Positions 26,811 through 43,129 of a stretch of 64,000 nt of DNA are shown piece after piece (the first letter of the stretch is position 1; the number at the start of each line of letters is the position of its first letter). A program made the position numbers and the translations under genes. Origin of the DNA: Chrysomallon squamiferum (taxonomy: Eukaryota; Animalia; Mollusca); assembly GCA_012295275.1 (NCBI GenBank), contig CM022676.1, forward strand, positions 15,190,001 through 15,254,000. Reading direction: 5' to 3'. The notes beneath the pieces are model-generated. The model made no database searches. It saw only the letters and a list, made by a program, of their open reading frames with translations, and was not told where the DNA came from.

Positions 26811-28372
26811 TCTCTATTCACAATAAAAAAAAAAAATGGTTTCACGTTTCATTGTTTATTCCTAGTAAAACGTTTTGTTTAAACTTCCATTGCACATTTA
26901 AAATCATACGTTATTGTTTTATTTTATTTTATATCTTTATTAATGTTTTAATTTATTATGCATCTTTACAACGAAATGTGACATACCATGTTGGGTGGTA
27001 ATAAACATCAAACCTCTCTTAGTACTGTTCCCCGATTGTCTGACATAAACTTTACCGATTGGTGATATCACAAATAACATCAAAGCTGACTGGATGATTT
27101 AATGTTCTTAGTTTCACGACGTTAGTAAGTAACAGGTTTTTTTTTTTTTTTTTTTGCTCACGGGCTATGCTCACTGGACAAATAGTTACCAACAAGGTGA
27201 CAAATAGGACAACTGTTCACCTTTAGGTTTTTAATTCATAAATTTGTATTTCATATTTTATTAATTAAAAAAACAAACAAATGGTTGATAGAAAAAAAAA
27301 ATTAAAACAGTATTAATTACACAATTCACTAAATTAAAGTTTTGAAGTTCCTATGGCCGTTTGTTTAAGAAGGGTGTTGCTTCTTAATGGGAAAGCTAAT
27401 GAATACATGCCTGAAGATAAAACACTATAAGTTATATCGCTAAAAAGGGAAGTCGATCAAAAATAATCGCTCTAGAGTATTTTACACATTTATAAAGAAT
27501 TATCGTTTATTCAACATATCGTCTAATGTTCATATGCATTTTCAAACGATAGCGAGATAGCTATTTAAATTTAAAAAAATAATAATAACAGCAACAACAA
27601 CAACAACAACAACAATAATAATAATACATAAGATAAAAGATGACGAGTATGATATAATAATAAATAAATAAATGAATGAAGAAATAAATTAATGAATAAA
27701 AAGGACAAACAACTTAGACAGCAAAACGAGGTTGCATATTACTTCTGCTGGATTAATTTTCCTTCCTGACAAAAATTGTCGGCACGTGAAAACGTGACTC
27801 AAGTCATTTATCTTACAAGTCACGGTTCTTCGGTGTCACTTCATAGAGATGATACACAGATAAACATATTTTTTTATTGTATATGGTTTTAATTTTTTTT
27901 TATATACATTTTTATTTTATTCTTTGACTGTGTAATTAATATGTACAGTGATAAACCAATAAAAAAAAAAAAAATGTACAACTAGAGGAGTAGAAGTGAT
28001 AGTTTCAAGAATAAATAACAAAGAAGACTTTAAATTACAGTAAAATATGGCTGATTTTACTGTAGGTTAAATTCCACAAGAATAAATAAAAATTTAACTT
28101 CACCATATTAGATTTTAGCACTAATACAACACTGCAATAAAATTACATAAACTGTTTCGAAGAATAGTGTAACATCATGCCTTTATATGTATTAAATCAC
28201 CAAAAGTGTAAAAATTAACATTTTCAAGCCATCATCTCCAATTTAAGTGTGTTTTACTATTAAACTACAAATATTACAGATTTTGAACATTTTATATCTT
28301 GAGGTCGTTTCAAGGTGTCGTGGGTAACAAAGTCAAATTCATGATCAAACAAAAGTTTGAAAGGATCTAAAA

Positions 28373-28572
28373 NNNNNNNNNNNNNNNNNNNNNNNNNNNN
28401 NNNNNNNNNNNNNNNNNNNNNNNNNNNNNNNNNNNNNNNNNNNNNNNNNNNNNNNNNNNNNNNNNNNNNNNNNNNNNNNNNNNNNNNNNNNNNNNNNNNN
28501 NNNNNNNNNNNNNNNNNNNNNNNNNNNNNNNNNNNNNNNNNNNNNNNNNNNNNNNNNNNNNNNNNNNNNNNN
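28373..28572. other. Assembly gap (200 N)
   Basis: Run of exactly 200 N at the junction of the two duplicated units. Confidence 0.99.
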
Positions 28573-28951
28573 AATGTGTTTCACAGTAAGGTATTTATAT
28601 CCAATTTTATTTTTTTATTATTATTTTTTTTAACTGAAACAATGTTTCTACATTCTGTCCCCCCGTATACGGTAATTAAAGTGAAAGTACTCTTATCAGT
28701 TAATTTCTTGGAAACGTTAATGTTTACATCAGCAGAAAATAAAAACTCAGCGTCTATACCACCTCATCAGATACATCCGCTGAAGCTGACTACAAATGTT
28801 TGGTATGTAGACTTTTCTATTTCAAAACTGATTAAACACACATTTTGTTCTGTTCTGTTTTATTTGTTCCTGTATTTCTTTTCTAAACTAGGAGCGTAAA
28901 ATGAAAATAAACAAGATTAATTAATTAATTAATTTATTATTAGTGTTGTTG

Positions 28952-28988
<37 letters not shown>

Positions 28989-29126
28989 ATAGATTTTTTC
29001 CCCCGACTCTTATTGATTTACTACATACATACATACATACATACATACATACACATACATACATACATACACATACATACATACATACATACACATACAT
29101 ACATACATACATACATATACATACAT

Positions 29127-29173
<47 letters not shown>

Positions 29174-29191
29174 CCGGAAATATAAGAGGAA

Positions 29192-29323
<132 letters not shown>

Positions 29324-31066
29324 TTTGTTGGTATTCCTGATAATACTAGGTACAGAGAGAAAACTTTGTGAAAAAATCTATGTAATAATAATAATAAAAA
29401 TAACAATAATATAATAATAATAATAATGATAATAACAATTCCTTTATGATACAGTTTATTGCTTAGTACTATAAATATCCTGTTTCGTCTATTTAAATTT
29501 GTTTGCATATGAATAAGTAGATTCTAAACTGAAAGTTCGAATATTTCTACGATCCGTATTTAAAATGTCTGTCCTCTCTGATCAGTTGATTATTGAGAAA
29601 TGTGTGAGTGATAACATGATGTACTAATCTTTTTTTGTCTAGACTAAAGTTTAGTTAGATGTCTCAAATTTATTTCCCTGAGGTAAAGATCACTTTAGTA
29701 CAATGTCAACTTCATCAGTGAGACAGAGAGAGTATATATTAGGTTTTGTCAAGCCTAAAGTACAAAAAGAAAATTTCAGTTACAAAAATTAAAATTGGAA
29801 CATGAACTTTGAGTGAGAGAAGGAAAAAACATGAATAACCAACGTACTGATAAAAGTTCAAATGGTTTTAGATTATATGATTATATTGTCTTAGGTGAAC
29901 ATTATCGATTGCAGTAAGGATCTACACAGAAAATAGGTACTCAGTACAAATCTACATTTATATACTAATAAATATAAATGGCTCTATCAAAGTGACAAAA
30001 GTGTGTGTATTCCCATATTTAGTCTAGATGTTTCGTTCGTTTGCTCACTATCTCTGTAACTTCAGACACACAATCCATTAACAGTAAATTATTGTGTCTG
30101 TCTATCAGAAATTCAAAGTTCAGTAAAACAGCATATTAGTGATGTAGCCTCAACTCAGTATCAGTGAATAGTAACATCGTACCTTGATCCTTCCTAGACA
30201 TAGTTTTTAGATATCTACACAAACAGATAAATATATATATATGACGTAGAGAGATAATCTCGTCTGTACTTAACGTAAAACACGTTATCTATGACACTGT
30301 GTTTCATTTGACACATTTCTTTTACGTATAATAACTCTAGATATTTTATTAAGTTTCTAATTTATGTAAATCAAGTTATTACATTAATATAAATTTAAGT
30401 TGCCACACAACACAGATATATATATATATATATACCGAAGCCAAAACATTCCAAAAGTCTGAGGACATCGGTGAAAACAGCGGAATCCAAGGAAAAACAG
30501 AATCCACCGGAGAGGAAAAAATACAAAGCTGGTTTACTTTGTCACACTCAACTCGCTATATCTTCACCGCCAATTAACGGAACTTTATAATTCTAAAACT
30601 GCCTTTAAAATTTCGTAAGTGCGTACTTTTCTGTAAATATATTTGTGTATGTGTTTGTTTTTGTGTGTGTATGTGTCTGTGTGTTTGGGTGTGTGTGTAT
30701 ATGTATGTATATGCATATGTATGCATGCATGTATATGTGTTTGTATGTATGTATGTTTCCACTCGCTTAAACATACATACATCCATCAGTACAATAGTGA
30801 AGGATAAACAAAAAGTAACTGGTTTCTGGTTTCTTTGTTTCAGTGTGCTATTAAGGAGTTTTGTTTACTTCACAAAATAAAGTTATACCGAAACGTGTAA
30901 ACCTAAACTGAAAGGTCAAAACATGAATTGAAACTGGAAAAAACCCATCTTGTACACCAAAAGACAAGGTGAAACATTAAACATAACGGTAAAATGAAAC
31001 AAGTGGCATTAATAAATTAAGCAGTCAGAGAACAAACTGAAAGACACGTGAAATAACAAAAGCATA

Positions 31067-34000
31067 ATGTGTTCAAAATACGGAGGAGTAAATGATTCTT
31101 ACCTTGAGGACATACAGGAGAAGGACGATGAAACATTGCAGTTTGAACTGAATAAACAGAAGGATGATGATGAAAAACTGCAGTTTGAACTGAATGAATT
31201 GAAGGATGATGATGAAACACAGCTGTTTGATCATAAAAAATTGAAGGAGAAGAATGATGAAGCACTGCTGCTTGAACTGAACGAATTGAAGGAGAAAGAC
31301 AATGAAAAACTGTTGTATAAACTCAAGGATAGACAAAAACAGTTTTTCAGACTTCTCACTCAAAGAAGACTTTCGTCAAGTGATGTGTGTTTGATAACAA
31401 AATTACTAGCAAAGTCGTGCAGCTGCGAAGTTCACACAGAACAAGTATTTAACCTTCTACTTGATGTCGAGAGATCGCTGTTTTTAGAACGCACCATTCC
31501 GCCACTGTTGAGGGAGATATCTGCTGATTGTTCAGTAGCTGCTGAGAGAATGTCTCTTTCATTTATAGCCGATGTTCTTGACCTGCTTGTACAGTTATCA
31601 CTGCGGCTGCCTCATACCATCGTAGAGGTTGCAGGAGTTAACTCTCTTGTAGATTACGCTGTTGCCAGTTTAAGAAAACGTGGGTTGTCTGTCCCTGAGA
31701 CGATACACATGAAAACAAAACAACTCTTAGAACTGAAAACGTCAATGATGAAAAAGGCTCAAAGTGACATACTAACAGCAGGAAAGAAACCGACACTTCC
31801 GAATGACTTCAGAAGAATTCCAGTGATGCCAACATACGATGACATTTATCGCACAAACGCGCCCTTCCTTCGCAGGATGGAGAAAAGAGGTGCGTACTAC
31901 GATCTCCACGACTACCTCGATGTACAGTTCAGACTGTTGAGGGAAGATTTCATTCAGCCGTTGTACGAAGCTATTCATGAATATGTGTCGTTTGACAACC
32001 ATCCAGATAAGAGTGTTTCTCTTCGGACGTATAAAGGTGTTACAATACTAAATTCAGAATTCAAAAATGCAAAGTTCGTGCATACTGTGACATTTGACAC
32101 AAGGAAACTGAAAGACATCCAGTGGGAGTACACGAAACGACTGAAATATGGTTCTCTGGTTTGTCTGTCGAGCAACGGTTTCAAAACGTTTACCATTGCA
32201 ACTATTGAATCGGGGCCTACAAAGCATCACAGAGGTGTAGTCACAGTTGAGATTTTTGAACAGCATGTTGTAGGCAACACGGAAATCGATTTGACGAAGC
32301 CGATGGTGATGTTGGAAACACCGGCTTACTTTGAAGCGTATCGCTACGTCTTGTCATCTCTGCGGAATATTAACAAGCTTCCGTTCGAGGAATACATTGT
32401 GCACTGTACAACTGAAGTGAAACAGCCAGCCTACCTGAGAGACAAAGAAAATGTTCACTATCAATTCCAGAACAAGACTAAGACAGCTCAGGTTACAAAA
32501 AAGAGAAATATGATTAAAATTTCGTCCAGGAAACCTCTGACTACCCGACGACAAGTATTTTCAGGTATTTTCAGTGAAGAAGCAGACGATGAGGATGAGA
32601 GCCACAAAGGCGTTCCTGTTCTGAATCTGAACAAGTGGCCCCAGCCAGAGACTCTGAAACTGGAGGCGGCTCAGTTCAAGGCGTTTCAACAAGCCCTGAC
32701 CAAAGAATTTGTCCTCATTCAGGGCCCTCCAGGAACGGGAAAAACATACATAGGACTTAAAATAATAGAAACTTTATTAAGAAACAAAGAAGTCTGGAAA
32801 GGACACGGAGAAGATCCCATTTTAGTTCTGTGTTATACGAATCACGCTTTGGACCAATTCCTTGAAGGAATCCTCGAGTTTGAGAAAGAACATCTCGTTC
32901 GTGTTGGAAAAAGAAGTAAGAATGAAAAAGTTAAAACTTATGAAATCCAGGAAATGCGGGAAAAGTTTGATATTCACGGACAAGATTGCGACGCGTTGAA
33001 AACTGATTATATTGAGTGTCAGAAAAGTCTTCTTGAGAAAAAAAAGCAACATGAGATGATAGATAACGGATTAGTGAGAAATCTGTATCTGAGAGGATCA
33101 TGTTAAAGAGACGCATTATGACCAACTCGTACATACTCCTTTTAGAGACTGGTTCCTACCTGTATGGCTCGGAATACTTATTCCTCTTCCAACAAAATTG
33201 TATAAATTCCACGGCAGTTCAGAAAAATTTCAGGATGATCAGTACGAGCAAACAAAAAACAGAAAACATTACAGACCTTTGCCCACTCGGCCTGGCATTT
33301 TACTCATTGACTTCGACACAGTTTTTAGAGAGATTTCACACAGTAAAAGTTCTGTTTTGATCACAAACATGAAGTCACGGTCGAGGATGTCAGAAAGAGA
33401 AGCTGACGCAGTAGAAGATATCTGTTTACTCTCACCCAGAAATCGGTGGCGTCTTTACAGGTTGTGGGTGCAACATCTGAAAGAGCAAACTGAGTCAGAG
33501 ATAGAAGAGCTGCATGAAAGAGTCAGTGCTGCTGGAGAAACATACAGAACGGCGAAGCAGGACGCGGACCAGAGAGTGATGAGAAGATGTTCTGTGGTAG
33601 GAATGACAACGAGTGCTGCTGCTCGTTATCAGAAGGTTTTAGAAGAAATTAAACCAAGAATCATCATCATTGAGGAAGCTGCAGAAGTTCTGGAAGGCCA
33701 CGTGATTGCATCACTCAATTCAGGATGTCAGCATCTGATTCTGATCGGAGACCATCAGCAGCTGCGACCAAGTCCCGCTGTTTACGCACTCGCAAAACGA
33801 TATAACCTGGAGTTATCGTTATTTGAACGAATGGTTAACAACGGCTTGGAGTGTGTGTGTCTTGAGCAACAGCACAGAATGCGGCCCTGTATTTCCAGAA
33901 TCATGAAACACATCTATCCTCATCTCAGAGATCACCCTTCTGTTGAGAAATACCCGGATGTCCTGGGTGTGTGTACCAATGTATTTTTCATAAACCATTG

Positions 34001-36132
34001 TGAAAATGAAAAAAAAAATGACGAGCTCGTGAGTCATTTGAACGTGTTTGAAGCGGAATATATTATAGCGCTCTGTCGCTACCTCTTGAAACAAGATTAT
34101 CATCCAAAGGAAATCACAATCTTAACTACGTATTCAGCTCAGGTCGTCTATCTGAAGAAGAATATGAAAGACAAAACATTTTTAGGTGTCACTGTCACAG
34201 ATGTTGACAATTACCAAGGAGAGGAGAATGATATCATACTGCTGTCTTTGGTACGCAGCAATCTGGAGGGGAGTATTGGCTTTCTGAAAACAGACAACCG
34301 AGTGTGTGTAGCTCTTTCCAGAGCTAGAATGGGACTTTACGTGATAGGAAACTTTACCCTGCTCGGTCAACAGAGTAAATTATGGAAAACCATTACTGAC
34401 GATTTGAAATCGACCGACCAGCTCGGAAATGCTCTTGGTCTTTATTGTCGAAATCACGTCAATGAAGAAGGAATAAAAGCTGCGAAAGCAGAAGATTTCA
34501 GTTTGGCTCCTGAAGGAGGCTGCAGAAAGCAGTGCACGTTCAGACTGAACTGTGGTCACGTGTGTGAACTGGCGTGCCATCCAGCTGATCCACTTCATCT
34601 CAAATGCAAATGTCAGAAACCGTGTGAAAGAATTTTGTGTGAATTTCAACATAAATGTCCGCTTCTCTGTTTTGCAAAGTGCAGAGAGTGTGTCGCTCCC
34701 GTTACCAAGGTGATACCAGCGTGTGGACACAAACAAGAAATTCCTTGCTCTGCCGATGCAAGTACAATCAAGTGCATGCAGCTAGTAAGGCATGTTGGTT
34801 TCTACTGCGGGCACGAAATTGAGGTGGTTTGTCACGAACAAGACACCGCCGTTTGTAATGCAAAATGCCTGACCGTTTTAAAATGTGGTCATGAAATTGA
34901 AGTGGTTTGTCATGAACGAGACAACGCCATTTGTAATGTGAAATGCAGCACCGTTTTGGAATGTGGTCATGAAATTGAAGTGCTTTGCCATGAACGAGAC
35001 AACGCTATTTGTAATATAAAATGCAGCACCGTTTTGAAATGTGGTCATATTTGTCGTGGTAGTTGTCACGAATGTGTTCAAGGTCGACTTCACGTTGCTT
35101 GCAAGGAGAAATGCAGGAAACGTCTGCTGTGTGGACACGAATGTGTCAGTGACTGTTCTACGTGTCCACTTTGTCCTCTGCCGTGTGAGAACAGCTGTGT
35201 CCATCTATCCTGTGAAAGGTCATGTGGTGATCCGTGTACAATGTGCCGTGAAAACTGCGAGTTCACCTGCAAGGGAAGGACCATTCGTAGACGATGTTGT
35301 GATGTGTGGAATGCGCCACGCTCCAAAAAGCAGTGTATAAAGAAGCTGTCGTGTCAGCACAAATGCATTGGTCTGGTAGGAGAAAAATGTCCTGATCTTT
35401 GTCGAGTTTGTAACAGAGATGAAGTGAAAGCTTTGCAGACTGATAAACGAAATTACTCTCTGTTTGTGCAGCTCGAAGACTGCGGACATATCTTTGAGGT
35501 GCAAGCTCTCGACAAGCTGATGGAGTCGAAATCCAACAGAATCCAGTTGAAACGTTGTCCACGCTGCAACGTGGTCATTAGACATAGTGGAAGATATAGA
35601 GACGTCATCAAACAGACTTTACTGGACGTAGATTATATCAAGCATGAATTAATAAAGCAGGAAGAAAAGGACTATTACGAAAGACAAAGGTTAATCAGTT
35701 TGCGTCAGAAGCTTATGGCTCTTAGAAATAACTGTCGTACGTTTAAAACATATTTTCGTAAGATGGGGATGAGTGAACATGATAAAGACGTGGATCGTTT
35801 CCAGACATGGATATTGAAACACAGAAGAATATTTACGAAGCAGGAGGAATTCGATGCAGACAATGAAACGAAAAGACTGAAACTGCTAATCGATCTAAAA
35901 TCAGCTTCAGACGACGGCATCGAGTCACAGAAAATCACAGACAATACAAATGATGTTACTGATGTAATTAAAAAGTTCGCTATGGATGGAAATGCCTTTA
36001 CTCCAGAACGTCAAGAAATAGTTAAATCTCGGACTCCTTTCCTTCCTTCGAGTGAAATATCTCTTCGTTACATCTCCACAGACAAAATTACCATGAATTT
36101 CAGTATGGAAGGTTGGCTGAAATGTCCAGCAG
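31067..36132 (+). pseudogene. ZNFX1: ZNFX1-like helicase, copy B, main exon (frameshifted)
   Basis: Same motifs as copy A. Open from 31067 to a +1 insertion at ~33097 (ctgagaggatcatgttaa vs ctgacaggtcatgttaaa in A), stop at 33104-33106; resumes in ORF 33198-36170; donor CAG|gtaag at 36132. Confidence 0.9.
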
Positions 36133-36631
36133 GTAAGAACACTGTATTTGTTGATCTCTGTTTTGACTAAAAGCTTGTAAATGTCTCCACATTTACACAT
36201 TTAAAACAACGTCAAATAGTGTTTTATTAATATCGAAATATTTTCTATTTCTGGTTAAAGTACTAAATTTATATATCTCATTTTTTGCTGATTCACATTT
36301 TTCCAGGTAATTCATATTTCCATTCTATCTATTTTGTTTATAAAAATAATGGTATTTATTTATTTATTTATTTATTAATTTCTTTATTTAGATAGTTATT
36401 TTCAGTTATTATTTCTTTGCTTTATTTCTGTTTTTTTCTTAATTTCTTTTTCCTTTAACTGTTTTTTTTTTTTTTCTTCTTTTTTCTGTTGCCTTCGACC
36501 TAGATCTAGTAACCTTTACGATAAAGATGGTTCAGTCCCTATGTCCAGCTATTCCATAGAATATATAAAAATGTTTATTTAGAGCACACCCTGACAGAAA
36601 TTATAATTCTAGGATCATATTTGTGTTTCAG

Positions 36632-38172
36632 GGCATATCTATTTTGACTATTTCGGGAAGAATGCAGAGTGCGAAATCTGTTCCAGTACAAGAAAAGATG
36701 TGGTATCCTCCGAAATGACGTCCAAGAGTGATGCTAACAGTAGGGCGCCAGATGCAAATACTAACAATGTGACGTCAGAGAGAAATATTGATGGAAGGGT
36801 GTCAGACAGAAATACGAGCCGAACTGCGACAGACAGAGACACTAACAACAGGACATCGGACAAATATAAGTCGTCACACAGAGATGCTAAAACAAGGGCG
36901 TCACACAGAGGTTCTGAAAGAAGAGCTGCAGACACATACACAAAAGGAAGAGCATCAGAGAGAGATACTAACAGTAGGGCGGCAGACAAAGATGTTAAGA
37001 CTAGGCTGTCAGACAGAAATACTAATATAATGGCGAGAGACAGAATTACTGACAGATGGTTGTCAGACAGATATACAAATGGAATAGCATCAGAGAGATA
37101 CTAACAGTAGGGCGGCAGACAAAGCTAATGACAGAAGGGCATCAGACAAAGCTAATGACAGAATGGCATCAGACAAAGCTAATGACAGAAGTGCATCAGA
37201 CAGAGATACTTGCAGATTGACGTCAGACGGAGGTGCTAGCAGAAGGGCGTCAGATCGACATTATAACCGTAAAGTGTTTGTCAACCACACTAACAGAATG
37301 GCATCAGATGAAGGTACGTCAGTGGGAGATACCAACAGAAGAGAGTCAGACAGAGACACTAACAGAAGAGAGTCAGACAGAGATACTAACAGAAGAGAGT
37401 CAGCCAGAGATACTAATAGTAGGGAGTCAGACAGAGATACTAACAATAGGCCGTCAGACAGAGATACTAACAATAGGATGGCAGACAGAGATAGTAACCG
37501 TGGGCCGTCAGATAGAGTTTCATCCACAGTGGAGGCTGAAATCACACTTTCAGATATTCAGATGGAAAAATCACACGTAACACGTTCAGACACCAATTAC
37601 ACAACAACGGAAAAAGACAAGGATATTTGCAGAACAAATCGAAACAGGAATAATCCCCAAATAATTCCAGACCATACAGAGAAAGAGATGTTACGAAAGA
37701 AAATACGGAGAAAGATCATCTCAGAAGAAAATCCGAGAGCGATTATCCAAGAGCAGATAAAGACAGATCTTATCGTAAAACAAAGAGAGACGAGTATTTT
37801 CAGAATACAAATAAAGACAACAATTATCCCAGAGAAATTAAAACGACGGATTATCCTAGAGGAAACTTTCACAGAGATTATCAAGGAGAAAAGAGATTCA
37901 AGAATTATGCCAGAGAAACGAAACCCAAGGATTGCATCAGACCAAAAACTTGCACCTATTATCGAGGAGGAGAGAAATTGAATGATCATCCGAAAATTAC
38001 ATCAGAACTGGATTATCGAGTAACCAACACAGACAGGCGTAATATCCAGGGAAACTCAGACAGAATCTCCAGACTGGATTCGCCTGATACAGACGACACT
38101 GTGACGGGACAAAGAAAAGAAGCATTTAACAGTGACAGAAGAAGTAGTCACTAAATGAGCAGAGAAAAATAA
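36632..38172 (+). pseudogene. ZNFX1: ZNFX1-like copy B last exon (degenerate RZ half plus low-complexity tail), multiply disrupted
   Basis: Acceptor tgtttcag|GG at 36631/36632; 2-nt deletion near 37095 (stop 37102-37104), 1-nt deletion near 37657, CAA>TAA at 38152-38154. Confidence 0.82.
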
Positions 38173-38267
38173 AGACGAAAGAAAACAAGTAATCACAATT
38201 ATCAATTTATTTTAATGTTCTCATACGTACACGTATACATATTATATGTAAAGACATACAACCATGG

Positions 38268-38325
<58 letters not shown>

Positions 38326-38679
38326 TGGTTGAGAACCACAAAATACATTGCGAATATATATATATACATATACACACATCCATTTATACGTAAAAGATGT
38401 ACACACAATCACCACAGATACCTATTCACATATTTGATAATTTATTTTGTCGTTCTCAACCAGTCAGAGTAAAAACAATGTATTTATTATTATTTTACAG
38501 AGTTGTTCAAAGTAAGGATTTTAACAGAAACGAAATCTGTGCGTGGTCAATTTCTACTTAAAACAACCATACGGAAACTGAAGAGAAGATTGAGAGGAGT
38601 ATAGTGATGAAGTCGGTGACGATGATGTTGATAATGTTGCTGCTGCTGATCTATATATATATATATATATATATAAAAT

Positions 38680-40586
38680 AATACGGTTTTCGTTTGAAGA
38701 TGCACTGTATATTTAATAATAACCTTTTCTTTAAAATTGCAATGCATATTTCTAACGGCACCTTTTTGTATTTATATATATAATAAAGTTACACCTTATA
38801 ATTCTAGTAATATATTTTTGTTTAAAGTATAATTCTACTAACACATTTTTGCTTAGAGTTACACTGTACATTTCTATTAGCAAGTTTGTATTTAAATTAC
38901 CCTGTAAGTTACTGATAAGACATTTTTCTTTAAGATTCACTTTACATTTCTAATACATTTTTTTGTTTGAAGTTATCCTCTGTATTTTCTAATTGTATGT
39001 ATTTTGTTTTAATCGATCATCTGTTTTCTAATAATACGTTTTTGTCTAAAATGTCACTGTATATTTCTAATAATACATCTTTGTTTACAGTTACCCAGTA
39101 GAATTCTAAGAAAACGTTTTTGTTTAAAGTTCCCCTATATATATATATATATATATATATAATCCTATTAATATATTTTTGTTTAAAGTTTCACTGTATA
39201 TTTCTAATAATATTTTTGTTTGAAAAGTATATTTTTCGTTTATTGTTTAACTGTATATATTTCTAATAAGACATTTTGTTTTAAGTTTTACTGTATATTT
39301 CTAATAATACTATCTTGTTTAAAGTTACCCTGTATATATTCCTAATAATGCGTTTTTAATTAAAGTTACCCTGTGTATTCTCTAATAATACGTTTTTGTT
39401 TAAAGTTATCCTGTATATTTTCTAATAATACGTGTTTTGTTTAACGTTACTCAGTATATATTCCTAATAATACTTTTTTGTTTAAAGTTACCCTGTATAT
39501 TTTCTAATAATATGTTTTTGTTTAAAGTTACCCTGAATATTCTGTAATAATACAAGTTTGTTTAAAATTACCATGCATATTTTCTAATAATACTTTTTTG
39601 TTTAAACTGTCAGTGTGTATTTCTAGTAAATCGTTTTTGTTCGATATTAACCTGTATATTTTCTAACAACTCGTGTTTTGTTTAAAGTTACCCTGTATAC
39701 TTTATAATAATACATTTTTGTTTAAGTTTCTCTGTATATTTCTAATGATATGTTTTCCTTTAAAGTTATGCTGTATATTTTCTTATAATACATCTTTGTT
39801 TAAAGTTAACCTGTATATTCTCTAATATTACGTTTTTGTCTAAAGATGTGTTTCAAATTTTCTGATAATACATTGTTGTTTAAATTCACCATCTATATTT
39901 TTTAATAATACGTTGTTGTTTAAAGTGATCCTACATTTTCTAATAATACATTTTTGCTTAAAGCTGCACTATATATTTCTAATAAATCTTGTTTGTTTAA
40001 CGTTACCCTGTATATTTTCTGATAATAATTCGTGTTTTGTTTAACGTTATGAAGTATATATTCCTAATAAGGTTTTTGTTTAAAATTTTACTCTATATTT
40101 CTTATAATGCTTATCTGTTTAAAGTTACCCTATATATTTCCTAAATATACGTGTTTTGTTTAAAATTGCCTCTATGTTTTTGAATAATTTTCTTGGCTGA
40201 GAGTTTCACTGTATATTTCTAATAATTTTTTGTTTTTTTTTTAGGTATCCAATATCTTTTCCAATAATAGATATTTATTTAAAACTTCACTCTATAGTTC
40301 TAATAAATACTTTTTGTTTAATATTACCCTGTATATTTTCTAATAATATGCATTTTGTTTAACGTTATCCAGTGTATATTGCTAATAACACGTTTTTCTT
40401 TAAAGTTTTACTGTATATTTCTAATAATGCTTATCTGTTTAAAGTTACCCTATATATTTCCTATATACACGTTTTTTGTTTAAAGTTTTCCGTATATTTT
40501 TGAATAATTCTTTTTGCTCAGAGTTTCACTGTATATTTCTAATAAAACTGTTTTGTTTAACGTTACCCTGCATATTTTCAAAGAAT

Positions 40587-40624
<38 letters not shown>

Positions 40625-40907
40625 TTTTTTAGGTATCCAGTATATTTTCCAATGATAAATTTGTGTTTAAAACTTCACTCTATATTTCTAATAAATACTT
40701 TTTGTTTAATATTACCCTGTATATTTTCTAATAATATGTATTTTGTTTTAAAGTTTTACTCTATTAATGTTTCTTTTTAAAGTTTTAATACAGACTTGTT
40801 TAAAAAATCCTGTATATTTTCTAACTATCTGTTCTTGATTAAAGTTGCCTGCATATTTTCGAATAATACGTTTGTTTAACTTTACCCTGTATATTTTCAA
40901 GCAATTC

Positions 40908-40971
<64 letters not shown>

Positions 40972-41110
40972 TTCAATTTTTTTTATGTTGTCCAGTATAT
41001 TTTCTGATAATACGTTTTTTTTTTTTTAAAGTTATTCTGTGTATCTCTAATTATACGTGTTTGTTTAGTTACATTTTATACTTCTAATTATACGTTTTTG
41101 CTCAATTATA
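38680..41110. repeat. AT-rich degenerate ~40-bp satellite, unit B
   Basis: Same consensus as 23005-26810, array ~1.4 kb shorter. Confidence 0.9.
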
Positions 41111-41437
41111 CTCTCTCTATTCACAATAACAAAAAAAAAAAAGATTGTTTCACGTTTCATTGTTTATTCCTAGTAAAACGTTTTGTTTAAACTTCCATTG
41201 CACTTTTAAAATCATACGTTATTGTTTTATTTTATTTTATATCTTTATTAATGTTTTAATTTATTATGCATCTTTACAACGAAATGTGACATACCATGTT
41301 GGGTGGTAATAAACATCAAACCTATCTTAGTACTGTTCCCCGATTGTCTGACATAAACTTTACCGATTGGTGATATCACAAATAACATCAAAGCTGACTG
41401 GATGATTTAATGTTCTTAGTTTCACGTTAGTAAGTAA

Positions 41438-41474
<37 letters not shown>

Positions 41475-43129
41475 CACGGGCTATGCCTCACTGGACAAAT
41501 AGTTACCAACAAGGTGACAAATAGGACAACTGTTCACCTTTAGGTTTTTAATTCATAAATTTGTATTTCTTATTTTATTAATTAAAAAAACAAACAAATG
41601 GTTGATAGAAAAAAAAAATTAAAACAGTATTAATTACACAATTCACTAAATTAAAGTTTTGAAGTTCCTATGGCCGTTTGTTTAAGAAGGGTGTTGCTTC
41701 TTAATGGGAAAGCTAATGAATACAGGCCTGAAGATAAAACACTGTAAGATATATCGATAAAAAGGGAAGTCGATCAAAAATAATCGCTCTAGAGTATTTT
41801 ACACATTTATAAAGAATTATCGTTTATTCAACATATCGTCTAATGTTCATATGCATTTTCAAACGATAGCGAGAGAGCTATTTAAATTTAAAAAAATAAT
41901 AATAACAGCAACAACAACAACAACAATAATAATACATAAGATAAAAGATGACGAGTATGATATAATAATAAATAAATAAATTAATGAATAAATTAATGAA
42001 TAAAAAGGACAAACAACTTAGACAGCAAAACGAGGTTGCATTTTACTTCTGTTGGATTAATTTTCCTTCTTGATAAAAATTGTCTGCACGTGAAAACGTG
42101 ACTCAAGTCATTTGTCTTACAAGTCACGGTTCTTCGGTGTCACTTCATAGAGATGATACACAGATAAACATATTTTTTTATTGTATATGGTTTTAATTTT
42201 TTTATATACATTTTTATTTTATTCTTTGACTGTGTAATTAATATGTACAGTGATAAACCAATAAAAAAAATGTACAACTAGAGGAGTAGAAGTGATAGTT
42301 TCAAGAATAAATAACAAAGAAGACTTTAAATTACAGTAAAATATGATTGATTTTACTGTAGGTTAAATTCCACAAGAATAAATAAAAATTTAACTTCACC
42401 ATATTAGATTTTAGCACTAATACAACACTGAAATACAATTACATAAACTGCTTCGAAGAATAGTGTAACATCATGCGTTTATATGTATTAAATCACCAAA
42501 AGTGTAAAAATTAACATTTTCAAGCCATCATCTCCAATTTAAGTGTGTTTTACTATTAAACTACAAATATTACAGATTTTGAACATTTTATATCTTGAGG
42601 TCATTTCAAGGTGTCGTGGGTAACAAAGTCAAATTCATGATCAAACAAAAGTTTGAAAGGATCTAAAATTTAGCTGTACATGGTAAGGAAATAATGGCGC
42701 ATTTGGAATCGCTGTGAAATTAGCTTAACAACGAAACTGTTTCACCCAGATCTTCTCACTGATTAACTAGATATCAGGGTTTGAAAACTTGCAGGCATGC
42801 TCCATTTGTGGGCTAATAATATTAAGCAAATATTTTAAAAATTCATCAAATATATACCAGATGTGATCAGTGATTTTTTTCTTGACGCTGTTTTAACTAT
42901 TATTTAGTTCACATTCTTCATTTCAGAATATACTTTTACGTTTAGCTGATTCCGTCGTATAAAGAAAGTGAACAATAATACAAAGAAATTCAAACAATGT
43001 TATTCTTGGATCTGTGCTACGATGTGCTCTTGTAAACAAATATAATAGTCGGATGAATATCAGATTTATTCGATGATTTATTACATGTATGCGATTTTCA
43101 TCTTCTTCTATATATATATATATTCATAT